From Alphaproteobacteria bacterium (GTDB lineage: Bacteria; Pseudomonadota; Alphaproteobacteria; Micavibrionales; Micavibrionaceae), in contig DAOWDF010000114.1 in the NCBI GenBank assembly GCA_030639165.1, positions 1 through 29,244 on the forward strand: a stretch of 29,244 bases of DNA, in the 5' to 3' direction. The position numbers were made by a program, and so were the translations under genes. The notes beneath the pieces were generated by a model. The model had not been told where the DNA came from. It did not search any database and was given only the letters and a program-made list of their open reading frames with translations. Position 1 is the stretch's first letter, and the number at the start of each line of letters is the position of its first letter. Below, one piece after another: positions 1 through 8,712 of the stretch.

Positions 1-1
1 A

Positions 2-457
2 TTACTACTGCTTATCGTAAAACTTACAGAAGAGCATATGCGCAAACGTAATCAACCTGATAAATCCATTATTACAATGGATTCTGCCATGGCTTACCAC
101 ATAAGAGAGCACGGGACTAATCAGGAATTATCAGAAGATTCTATATATTACATGGTAGCTCGCGAGACAGAACTAAACGCCAATGCAATGCATGATGAAA
201 AAGCAATGAAAAAAATAATTGACGAAGTCGCTATTTTAGAAGGTAGAAAAGAGCTAAGCGAAGAAGAATTAGAGGCCAAAAAAACCAGCAAGCTATTCGA
301 TCCTTCAATGAATCTAAAAAAACTTGAAATGAATAAAGAATATCAAGAACAACTAGCCAAAGAAGGAGCTGCAAAACAGGCTGAAGCCATGGCAGGAATC
401 AAAGCAGAAGAAGCGGCAGCAGAAAAAGCTAAAGCTTCACAGAGTGGAGAACTTTAA
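2..457 (+). CDS. Hypothetical protein, 5'-partial (C-terminal fragment, charged/Ala-rich coiled-coil-like tail)
   Basis: The frame of the ATG at 38 is open back to base 2 (LLLLIVKLTEEH-MRKRN...), so the gene probably starts upstream of the window. Stop TAA at 455-457 overlaps the convergent methyltransferase by 29 nt. No family recognised. Confidence 0.6.
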   Translation, partial: LLLLIVKLTEEHMRKRNQPDKSIITMDSAMAYHIREHGTNQELSEDSIYYMVARETELNANAMHDEKAMKKIIDEVAILEGRKELSEEELEAKKTSKLFDPSMNLKKLEMNKEYQEQLAKEGAAKQAEAMAGIKAEEAAAEKAKASQSGEL

Positions 458-1454
458 ACCCCTGCCCTTCATACAACTTACTACTTTTTGGAAATAACTC
501 GCCTAATATATTTTCATAGGCCAAATGACTATTAGCGACCATATAAAGGCCTCCACCACGACGCAAAGATTGGTAAGCCATACCTATAAAAGCTGATCCG
601 ATAGCTTTATCCAGCTTTTTACCCTCATGAAACGGTGGATTCATAATAATAAAATCTAAATTTTTTAATTCAGATTGTGGCTTTGTCAGATCACACCATA
701 AAAATTCTTGCTCGCACTCAAAGTCAGACAGATTTATACGGCAAGCATTAACCGCCCTATAATCAGCATCAGCGCAAATTAAATGTTTTACCTTAGGGCA
801 ATTAGATAAGACAAATTCTGATAAATATCCGTAGCCACAACCAAAATCAGCGCCCCTTCCCTTTAAATTTTTAGGTAGGTAATCCGTTAATATGCTTGAG
901 CCTTTATCAATTTTATCCCAGCCAAAAATTCCAGCGCGCGATATAAACTTACCGCCCAAGATTTTTTGGCTTTCGCCAGCAGAAATCGCTTTAGATATTT
1001 CACCTGCATTCAGATCATCAGCCACTCCGCTCACCGAGCGCGACTTATTTCTACTATCTTCAGACAGATCACTAAAGCCAAAATTATGCATCATTTTTTT
1101 AATGCGAGTACCACCAGCCTTATTATCAGCCGCGCAAATTAACGTTCCACCAGCGCCTAAAAGCTGCGATGCTCGCGCGATTAAATACCGCGCCTCAACC
1201 ATATTTTTAGGAAGCAATAACAATGCTATATCATAAGAACCATCATCATCGGGAATATCAGCGCACGTAGAAAATCCAGCATTTTCTAGCACATCAACAT
1301 ATGGCTTAAAATATTGTTGTAAAACTAATTCACTGGATTTAAAGCAAGACAAATCAGAATGGAATGAGGCATTAATAAAAACTACGCGCTTGTTAGCAAC
1401 ATCAAATGCCCCATTTTGAATTTGATATAATAATGTATCTATAGCCATGGACAT
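429..1454 (-). CDS. rsmC: Class I SAM-dependent methyltransferase, RsmC/MTS family (16S rRNA m2G1207-type)
   Basis: Two-domain layout. SAM motif ADFGCGYG, catalytic IIMNPPFH, FGWDKIDKGS and LYMVANSHLAYE motifs typical of RsmC. Confidence 0.8.
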   Translation of the reverse strand: MSMAIDTLLYQIQNGAFDVANKRVVFINASFHSDLSCFKSSELVLQQYFKPYVDVLENAGFSTCADIPDDDGSYDIALLLLPKNMVEARYLIARASQLLGAGGTLICAADNKAGGTRIKKMMHNFGFSDLSEDSRNKSRSVSGVADDLNAGEISKAISAGESQKILGGKFISRAGIFGWDKIDKGSSILTDYLPKNLKGRGADFGCGYGYLSEFVLSNCPKVKHLICADADYRAVNACRINLSDFECEQEFLWCDLTKPQSELKNLDFIIMNPPFHEGKKLDKAIGSAFIGMAYQSLRRGGGLYMVANSHLAYENILGELFPKSSKLYEGQGFKVLHSVKL

Positions 1455-1459
1455 ATAAA

Positions 1460-2272
1460 TTATTTAAACAATCCTTTAATTCCCTGCTTCAGACCATCAA
1501 AGTCTTTTTCATAGACTTCCTTAAGATTATCCTTAAAAACACCAATACTGCTAACTCCCATATCCTTTAATATATCGACAGACAGCCCTTCCAAAAAACC
1601 TGCTCCGCTAGCAGATTGATTAAACTGCTTTAAAACCGCACTCATAATTTGTGCTATTGCCTCCTCAGCAACTATACCGTTCTCACGCTCTCCAATACCA
1701 CGCAATTTAATATCAGGAACAGTTACAGTGGCAAGGTCAGCACCTACCAACGTAATAGATGGCTTAAGCTGTGCCCCCGTTAAAGAAAACTTCTTAACAA
1801 TTACCTTAATATCGTCTGCCTTAGACTTGGAACTACCAGAGGATTTTTGCCCACTACTAGAAGAATCAGCGCCTATATTATCCTTAATATCACTAAGATT
1901 TGTACCACCCTGACCAACTTCAAGCCCGATATTCACTCCATTTACAGATACAAGAGAAAAAGTCAAAAGATCCTTTGAAAAGCTCTCCCCAGCAATTGTA
2001 ATATAATCAACAGTAATTGCTTCAGAATTTTCATAGCCTTTTGGATTGGCTATACGCAAATCGCGCACCACAATTTTCTTTTCTTCCAAGACAATATCCA
2101 TTTCCCCAATACGAACATTAACGCCTAGGGCATCACTAGCAACTTGCTCTGTCAGCTGTTTGGCCAATGAATCCATATTAATATATAGATATATTGCCCC
2201 ACCAACCAATAATAAAACTAATGAGCTAAAAATAAATAAACTGGCTTTAGCAGTCTTCTTAACAGCAGACAT
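1460..2272 (-). CDS. AsmA-like / DUF748-type membrane-anchored periplasmic protein
   Basis: One N-terminal TM helix, then beta-rich LRIANPKGY / IGERENG motifs. Start moved from 2299 to ATG 2272 (MSAVKK), which has an AAGGGG RBS. Confidence 0.6.
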   Translation of the reverse strand: MSAVKKTAKASLFIFSSLVLLLVGGAIYLYINMDSLAKQLTEQVASDALGVNVRIGEMDIVLEEKKIVVRDLRIANPKGYENSEAITVDYITIAGESFSKDLLTFSLVSVNGVNIGLEVGQGGTNLSDIKDNIGADSSSSGQKSSGSSKSKADDIKVIVKKFSLTGAQLKPSITLVGADLATVTVPDIKLRGIGERENGIVAEEAIAQIMSAVLKQFNQSASGAGFLEGLSVDILKDMGVSSIGVFKDNLKEVYEKDFDGLKQGIKGLFK

Positions 2273-2409
2273 ACGTATATTCCCCTTATGATGTAACAAT
2301 GATTGTAAATGATTGTATATGTAACCAATTAGTACAATAAACCATAGTGTTTTACAAACTAAACCGAAATGAGCTATTATATAGGGGCAACATCAGGACT
2401 TATACAAAT

Positions 2410-2811
2410 ATGAATAAACGGCTATTTCAAATTTTAATCTGCATTACATCGCTTGGAATACTATCCCATAGCGATGCCATGGCTGCTAGCTACACTGCAA
2501 AAAGAAAAAATCCTAAGGGGCATAAACAAATAACAGCTGTTATTAAATGCTCTAAGCAGGATTTACGCGCTATTAAATCATTTAATCGCACAGCAGAAAA
2601 AAAGCTTGAGCAATTTTACGAGATAACAGAAACCCTTTCAATGACCAGATCACCCAGTAAATCCAGATCATTAGGAAAAGAATATAATAAAATAAACAAC
2701 TTTTTCATATCAGAGGAATTTGGGTTTATGGAAGTAATATATAAAAATTGCGGCAAGAAAATACCAAAACCGGAAACAGAAGAACCTTTTTGGCTTCCCC
2801 AAGGCAAATAA
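2410..2811 (+). CDS. Hypothetical exported protein
   Basis: ATG 2410 preceded by AGGAC. Sec-type signal peptide MNKRLFQILICITSLGILSHSDAMA-A. Basic mature region with two Cys. Confidence 0.55.
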   Translation: MNKRLFQILICITSLGILSHSDAMAASYTAKRKNPKGHKQITAVIKCSKQDLRAIKSFNRTAEKKLEQFYEITETLSMTRSPSKSRSLGKEYNKINNFFISEEFGFMEVIYKNCGKKIPKPETEEPFWLPQGK

Positions 2812-2860
2812 AAAGCATATAAACCTCTATTACGATGATTATTCATAAGGAAATAAATTT

Positions 2861-4072
2861 ATGATCCTTACATTTGATGATGTGCTAAGAGCGCGCAAAC
2901 AAATTAAAGATGCCGTTATTTTAACGCCGACAGTTGAAGCAACGCGCCTATCTATGCACTTAGGTATAGATCTTTATTTAAAGCTAGAAAACCTACAGCA
3001 TACCAGCGCTTTCAAAGCCCGTGGAGCATTAAACAAGCTTCTTACTTTAGATGAAAACCAGCGCAAAAAAGGCGTAATAGCATGCAGCGCCGGAAATCAC
3101 GCGCAAGGCATCGCCTACAATGCCACTCGCCTTGGAATACCCTCAACTATAGTAATGCCAAATGGCACGCCATTTAATAAAATAAAACGCACACAAGAAT
3201 TCGGTGCAAAAGTTATTACTTTTGGCAATGGGTTTGATGAGTCTGTTGGCGAAACTATGCGCCTTGCCGAAGAAAAAGATTTAACCTTCATTCACCCATT
3301 TGACGACAAAGCAGTTGTCGCAGGCCAAGGCACATTAGGACTTGAAATGATGGAACAAGTTCCCGACCTTGATGTGATTGTGGTTCCAATTGGCGGCGGC
3401 GGTTTAATTGCAGGTGTTGCTACAGCTGTAAAAAATATTAACCCAGATATTATAGTTATCGGCGCACAAGCCAAAAATTTCGATGCGGTGCTGGCAAAAC
3501 GCGAAGGCAGAGAATTTACTGGTGGTGAAGCAACACTAGCCGAAGGCATAGCCGTAAAATCACCGTCAGAAAACGATATGAAAATTATTGATAAGCTAGT
3601 AGATCATATATATTCCGCTACAGAAGAAGAAATCGAAAAAGCTATATTCGATCTTATAAGTGATGAAAAGTTAGTTGTTGAAGGTGCAACCGGAGCTGCT
3701 CTCGCCGTTATAAAAAATAACATTGATACATTAAAAGGCAAGAAAGTCGGCATGGTAGTAAGCGGAGGAAATATTGACTCGCGCACACTTTCTACATTAA
3801 TAATGCGCGGCCTTGTTCGTGATGGGCGCATAACACGTCTAAGATTTGAAATAAATGACACACCTGGGCAACTTTCCGACATTTCCCGCATCATAGGGGA
3901 ATCAGGCGCAAATGTAGTAGAAGTAATCCATCAGCGCATGATGCAAACCGTATCCCTAAAACAAGCCGAACTCAACGTAGTGATAGAGGCGCGTGACCAG
4001 ATGCATGTTGATGATATAGTACAAACCCTAAAAGATGCAGGATTTAAAGTCTGCATAAAAAGTCGCTCTTAA
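2861..4072 (+). CDS. ilvA: Threonine ammonia-lyase (PLP), short form with one C-terminal ACT domain (TdcB-like)
   Basis: PLP lysine motif SAFKARGA, SAGNHAQG, VPIGGGGLIAG, SGGNID and C-terminal ACT (DTPGQL). AAGGA RBS. Confidence 0.92.
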   Translation: MILTFDDVLRARKQIKDAVILTPTVEATRLSMHLGIDLYLKLENLQHTSAFKARGALNKLLTLDENQRKKGVIACSAGNHAQGIAYNATRLGIPSTIVMPNGTPFNKIKRTQEFGAKVITFGNGFDESVGETMRLAEEKDLTFIHPFDDKAVVAGQGTLGLEMMEQVPDLDVIVVPIGGGGLIAGVATAVKNINPDIIVIGAQAKNFDAVLAKREGREFTGGEATLAEGIAVKSPSENDMKIIDKLVDHIYSATEEEIEKAIFDLISDEKLVVEGATGAALAVIKNNIDTLKGKKVGMVVSGGNIDSRTLSTLIMRGLVRDGRITRLRFEINDTPGQLSDISRIIGESGANVVEVIHQRMMQTVSLKQAELNVVIEARDQMHVDDIVQTLKDAGFKVCIKSRS

Positions 4073-4083
4073 TAAAGAATAGT

Positions 4084-4161
4084 TTATTGTGAGAAGCATA
4101 TATAAAAAACAACCCATATCAGTGGGTTGCTTCGTTCAATTTATTTATCGCTCGCAATGGC
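4084..4161. repeat. Degenerate nested palindromic element (RPE/REP-like)
   Basis: Outer arms TTATTGTGAG (4084-4093) and CTCGCAATGG (4151-4160) pair fully if G-U is allowed. Inner perfect stem CAACCCA/TGGGTTG (4110-4116/4123-4129) is followed by CTTCG. Confidence 0.5.
4101..4130 (-). terminator. Rho-independent terminator downstream of nrdB
   Basis: Minus strand reads CAACCCA-CTGATA-TGGGTTG-TTTTTT: 7-bp stem, 6-nt loop, U-run, about 70 nt after the nrdB stop. Confidence 0.7.
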
Positions 4162-4196
4162 AATAATTATAGTCATTTGAATAAAGAGTGCTAAAC

Positions 4197-5300
4197 TTAA
4201 GCAGCATCCTCATCAGATTCATCACCTAGAGCTTCAATATCAGCTTGATTAGTAATTCCGCCAATTTTCTGACCATAGTTACCGGCAAAAACATCTTCTG
4301 AAAATGCATCTTCCCATGACCCTTCAGTCGCAGCTTTCGCATATTCTGTAGCTCTGCTTTCAAAGAAATTAGCATGCTCAGCGCCGTTAAGAATTTCATC
4401 CATCCATGGAAGTGGATTCTTGGTAACGTTATAATATGCATCCATACCTAATTGCTGCAAACGACGATCACTAATATAACGAATATATTGCTTAATCTCA
4501 TCCGCAGTCAGGCCTTCAATATCACCCATTTCAAAACATAAATCGATAAATGCATCTTCATGCTCAACCGTTAACTTACAAGTCTCAAGTATTTCAGCGC
4601 GCAATTCATCATCCCAAATATCAGGATTTTCGTTGATAAACTCCTTAAATAAACGGATCATAGACAGGCAATGCAAAGTCTCATCACGCACCGACCATGT
4701 AATAATTTGCCCCATACCCTTCATCTTGTTAAAGCGCGGGAAATTCATCAAAATAGCAAAAGACGCAAACAAAGCCACCCCTTCGGTAAATGCTCCAAAC
4801 ATTGCCATAGTTTTGGCAATATCACGGCGATTAGCCATTGATGCATTTTGCAAGTAATCAAATTTATCCTTCATCGCCTTATACTCAAGGAACGCAGAAT
4901 ATTCAGACTCTGGCATACCAATCGTATCAAGCAGATAAGAGTAAGCCGCAATGTGAATTGTCTCTATATTTGAGAAAGCAGCCAACATCATCTGAACTTC
5001 AACAGGGCCAAATACGCGGGAATAATGCTTCATATAGCAATTATTAACTTCAACATCCGCCTGCGTGAAGAAGCGGAAAATCTGAGTTATCAAATGCTTT
5101 TCCGCAGGATTAAGGTTTTTACGCCAATCGCGTACATCCTCTGCCAAAGGAACTTCTTCAGGAATCCAATGAATACGTTGCTGCGTCTGCCATGCTTCAA
5201 AACACCAAGGATATAAAAACGGTTTGTAAATATGACGTTCCTGCAAAAGTTTAGAATCTGATGTTGTTACATCTTCTGAAATTTCATAAGCATCAGCCAT
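4197..5300 (-). CDS. nrdB: Ribonucleoside-diphosphate reductase class Ia beta subunit
   Basis: Metal ligands and radical Tyr present: FFTQAD, ETIHIAAY, FTEGVALF, RDETLH. YKPFLYPW and NFFESRATEY motifs. AAGGAG RBS. Confidence 0.95.
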   Translation of the reverse strand: MADAYEISEDVTTSDSKLLQERHIYKPFLYPWCFEAWQTQQRIHWIPEEVPLAEDVRDWRKNLNPAEKHLITQIFRFFTQADVEVNNCYMKHYSRVFGPVEVQMMLAAFSNIETIHIAAYSYLLDTIGMPESEYSAFLEYKAMKDKFDYLQNASMANRRDIAKTMAMFGAFTEGVALFASFAILMNFPRFNKMKGMGQIITWSVRDETLHCLSMIRLFKEFINENPDIWDDELRAEILETCKLTVEHEDAFIDLCFEMGDIEGLTADEIKQYIRYISDRRLQQLGMDAYYNVTKNPLPWMDEILNGAEHANFFESRATEYAKAATEGSWEDAFSEDVFAGNYGQKIGGITNQADIEALGDESDEDAA

Positions 5301-5333
5301 GGTATTTACTCCTTAAGGTTTATAATTAAGTGC

Positions 5334-5361
5334 ACAATACTCCGCCAGCGCCAGATTTCAA
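5334..5361 (-). promoter_or_regulatory. Possible sigma70 promoter for nrdB
   Basis: Minus strand TTGAAA-N16-TATTGT, 33 nt upstream of the ATG. Weak -10 match. Confidence 0.3.
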
Positions 5362-6533
5362 GCCTTTTCCAATATATTTTTATTATAAATATAGGTCACA
5401 ACTTTCATAAGATTACCCTTATCATCTAAACCATCTATATCCGCCATAGATATCAAGCGACTATCACTAAGCCATGGTATAAATTCTACAAAAACTTTAG
5501 GGACAGGCACAATTTTACCAAACGCCGCCAAGTTTATTGATCCGTCATCAGAAGTAACTATCGCAAGCTTCACATGCTCTGGGCGTACTAAAACGCCTCC
5601 GTTTTGCAAATAACCAAGCAAATCATTAGCCGATAATTGCACATCCCTAGCCTCAACATCCTGCACTTCCTCATGCGATGGTGCAGAGAAATATTCTGCC
5701 ATCCAACGCGAGAAATCATCAGAATGCAACATTCCAACCAAACCATCGCGCACCACATCACGCGCACAGCCATCAATAGTAAAAGCTGCGCTAGAACCAT
5801 CTAGGCCCTGGCCTGAATAGCGATCATCCAGCCTTGAGATCTCACATTGCTCAAGGTAATGGCCATATGCCACCATCATGTCAGATAATTTAGGCCCCAA
5901 AAACCCAACCGAAAATGTCATCGCACTTTGCGTTGTTACGCCTTCATGCGCAAAATGTGGCGGTATATACAAAACATCTCCAATTGACATTTCGACCTCA
6001 ATGCCGTCAAAGCTGTCCTTTAAAATTATTAGCTCCTGACTATCTACATATTCTGCACTATCAACGTCCAAGGCGGTGCGCGCTATCTTCCACTGGCGCT
6101 TACCTATGCCTTGCACCAAAAACACGTGATAGCTATCAGTATGCGGGCCAACAGAGCCGCCTTTTTCGGAATAGCTCACCATTATATCATCCATAAGCCA
6201 GCGCGGTGAAAAGTTAAAATACTGCAATAAATTTGCCGTATCTGTGTGATATTGTTCAACATTTTGCACGAGTAAACTCCACCCCTCATCCCCTAGAGTA
6301 GAAAACTTTTCCTCATCAAACGGGCCATGCTCGCACCCCCACTCACCCCCATCTGGCACAGTAGTAACAATGCGCGATCGAATTTCTTCTTCCAATGACA
6401 AGCCAGCCAAGCTATCACCATCAATCAAACCGTCAATTACATCCGCAGGAATAGCACCACGCACAACAAATGGCCTCTTACCCCAATAATTCTTATAAAA
6501 TTCATCTGTACTTGGAAATTTATCTAATATCAT
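5358..6533 (-). CDS. roxA: JmjC/cupin-4 2-oxoglutarate Fe(II) oxygenase, RoxA/YcfD-like (ribosomal protein uL16 hydroxylase family)
   Basis: F...YW.KRP N-terminus, WSLLVQNVE, DDIMVSYS, GSVGPHTDSYHVFLVQG.GKRQW (HxD), GDVLYIPPHFAHEG (distal His). Confidence 0.8.
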   Translation of the reverse strand: MILDKFPSTDEFYKNYWGKRPFVVRGAIPADVIDGLIDGDSLAGLSLEEEIRSRIVTTVPDGGEWGCEHGPFDEEKFSTLGDEGWSLLVQNVEQYHTDTANLLQYFNFSPRWLMDDIMVSYSEKGGSVGPHTDSYHVFLVQGIGKRQWKIARTALDVDSAEYVDSQELIILKDSFDGIEVEMSIGDVLYIPPHFAHEGVTTQSAMTFSVGFLGPKLSDMMVAYGHYLEQCEISRLDDRYSGQGLDGSSAAFTIDGCARDVVRDGLVGMLHSDDFSRWMAEYFSAPSHEEVQDVEARDVQLSANDLLGYLQNGGVLVRPEHVKLAIVTSDDGSINLAAFGKIVPVPKVFVEFIPWLSDSRLISMADIDGLDDKGNLMKVVTYIYNKNILEKA

Positions 6534-7276
6534 TATTTTATTCTCAAAAATGGTTTAACCAACAATCGCAAGAACCTAACATCTTTTCTGCCCTCTACGC
6601 CAATCTTCATTGCATCAAACCTTCTCGTCGCGCTCTTTGTCTTAAAAACACGATCCCAAAAGCTAAAAATTGTGCCATAATTAGAGTCTGTATCTTTACG
6701 CACAGCGTGATGATGCACCCAGTGTATATTTGGCGTTACAATGATTTTAGATAGTATATTATCAACTAATTCAGGAATTTTTATGTTTGAATGATGAAAC
6801 AGCGCAAAGCTCATCACCAGTGTTTCAAATATCACGATAGATGAAAACGGAACAGCAAAAACCATAATAACCACAGCACGTACTAAGCTGGAAAAAAACA
6901 CCTCACCAAAATGAAACCGCACCGCAGAAGTAGTATCTAAATGCTCATCAAGGTGGTGAACTTCATGAAACCGCCATAGAAACGAAAGCTCATGCATTGC
7001 GCGATGCCACCAATAAATAAACAAATCCAGTATAATAATATCAAGCAATATAAGGCTTGAACGCTCCCACAATAAATGCTGGCTAGCGAAATAGCTTATA
7101 GGCAGAATAATCAGGAGCGATAGACCAATATTTAATGGCCAAAATGATAGGTTTTTTGCAATGCGCCGCCATGTCTGATTATTCGCAGATATCGCAGGGC
7201 GCAAATGCTCCCACGCAAAAAATAGGATAAATACCCCTGCAATTATCCAGCCCTTATATTCAATAATATTATCCAT
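6533..7276 (-). CDS. Sterol desaturase / fatty acid hydroxylase family membrane di-iron enzyme
   Basis: His boxes HRAMH, HEVHH, HHSN, HWVHH, plus DSNYGTIFSFWDRVF and several TM helices. Confidence 0.88.
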   Translation of the reverse strand: MDNIIEYKGWIIAGVFILFFAWEHLRPAISANNQTWRRIAKNLSFWPLNIGLSLLIILPISYFASQHLLWERSSLILLDIIILDLFIYWWHRAMHELSFLWRFHEVHHLDEHLDTTSAVRFHFGEVFFSSLVRAVVIMVFAVPFSSIVIFETLVMSFALFHHSNIKIPELVDNILSKIIVTPNIHWVHHHAVRKDTDSNYGTIFSFWDRVFKTKSATRRFDAMKIGVEGRKDVRFLRLLVKPFLRIK

Positions 7277-8710
7277 TTAAAACGGGAGTCTCTGAAGAAG
7301 TTTTACAACACGTCGCGTTTTATCACTAAACAAGCTTGGAGTATACCACGCACCTGCCGCGCGTTTACTAGCTTCCCCCATAGTCGGATATGGCACAATC
7401 ATAGAAGTTACAGCGCTAATTTTCAAGCCCGAAGAAATGGCCAAAGCCCACATGCCGATTAGCTCTCCGCCGCCTGCCCCGACGATCGACGCGCCTAGTA
7501 TCAATCCCTTTTTGTTAGTTATAATGCGAACCTGACCTTTAGTTATGCGCTCGGCAATAGCGCGGTCATTCTCATCAAAGCCCCACTCGGCCACCTTGAT
7601 ATTATCATCACCATATTTTGCGCGTGCATCCACTTCCGTTAAACCAACTTGTGCAAGCTCTGGGTCAGTATATGTTACCCATGGCAGCGCCTTATAATCC
7701 ACCTTAGCAGGCATTTTGAAACATATTTGACGAATAATAATTCCTGCATGATAACCCGCAACATGCGTAAATTGTGGAGCTTTAGATACATCACCAATAG
7801 CAAAAATATTCTTTGCACTTGTCCGCAGACGCTCATCAACATTAATACCGCCTCGATCGAAATCAATTCCTGCTTTTTCAAAACCAATCCCGCCAGTATT
7901 AGCCTTGCGCCCCGCCGCAACTAAAATATGCGAGCCTGCAACTTCAATAACCTGCCCATCTTTTTCTATCTCCAAAGCTACCATATTATCGCTATGCTTA
8001 ACTTCTTTTATAGATACATGCTCATGAAAATTAATACCTTCATTTTCTAAAGCCGCCTTAACAATAGCTACATTTTGCTGATCATCGCGTGGCAATATAG
8101 AGGCCATATCAAAAACGCTGACCTTGCACCCCAAACGCCTATGAGCTTGCGCCATTTCAATTCCAATAGGGCCACCGCCAATAATAAGTAAATGTTCAGG
8201 CTTTTCGCGCAGCTCAAATATATTTTCATTAGTGAAAGATTTGCTCTGGTCTAAACCTGTTATAGGCGGTACTGCCGCGCTAGAACCTGTTGCAATCACA
8301 AAGTAACGTGCCTTGATAATATTATCGCCAGCCTTAACAGTATCCGCAGCAATAAACTCTCCGCGCGCGCGGATAACATTAATGCCAAAACCCTCAAATC
8401 TTTCTTGCGAGTCATTAGGCTCAATAGTTTTTATCGTATCAAAGACATGATCCTTTACGGCGGCAAAATCAATATCAGGCTCATGCGCTTTTACGCCTTT
8501 AATATCGCCTTTACGCATAATCTGCGCCCGCTTCCCTGCAGCCAGCAAAGCTTTAGAAGGGACACAGCCAGTATTCAGACAATCACCACCCATTTCTGCG
8601 GCTTCAATTAATACAGTACTAAGACCTAGCTGCGCTGCACCAGCGGCGACTGATAGCCCGCCCGAGCCTGCGCCAATAATACAAAGATCTACATTTATGT
8701 TATTAGTCAT
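7277..8710 (-). CDS. Flavoprotein disulfide reductase, LpdA/MerA/RclA-like (no C-terminal Cys pair)
   Basis: FAD motif GAGSGG, redox-active GGDCLNTGCVPSK, NAD(P) motif GGGPIG.E, YTDPELAQVG. YPT in place of HPT. Confidence 0.85.
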   Translation of the reverse strand: MTNNINVDLCIIGAGSGGLSVAAGAAQLGLSTVLIEAAEMGGDCLNTGCVPSKALLAAGKRAQIMRKGDIKGVKAHEPDIDFAAVKDHVFDTIKTIEPNDSQERFEGFGINVIRARGEFIAADTVKAGDNIIKARYFVIATGSSAAVPPITGLDQSKSFTNENIFELREKPEHLLIIGGGPIGIEMAQAHRRLGCKVSVFDMASILPRDDQQNVAIVKAALENEGINFHEHVSIKEVKHSDNMVALEIEKDGQVIEVAGSHILVAAGRKANTGGIGFEKAGIDFDRGGINVDERLRTSAKNIFAIGDVSKAPQFTHVAGYHAGIIIRQICFKMPAKVDYKALPWVTYTDPELAQVGLTEVDARAKYGDDNIKVAEWGFDENDRAIAERITKGQVRIITNKKGLILGASIVGAGGGELIGMWALAISSGLKISAVTSMIVPYPTMGEASKRAAGAWYTPSLFSDKTRRVVKLLQRLPF

Positions 8711-8712
8711 GT

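Noticed and set aside
2320-2345. TGTAACC as a fourth ECF promoter
   Set aside because: No CGAA at the required distance.
5313-5329. TTAA...TTAA upstream of nrdB as CtrA box, and search for an NrdR box
   Set aside because: The spacer is 9 nt rather than 7, and no convincing NrdR palindrome is seen.
7277-8710. Calling this gene merA or lpdA
   Set aside because: No C-terminal Cys pair, NmerA domain or mer genes; no HPT motif or dehydrogenase-complex context.
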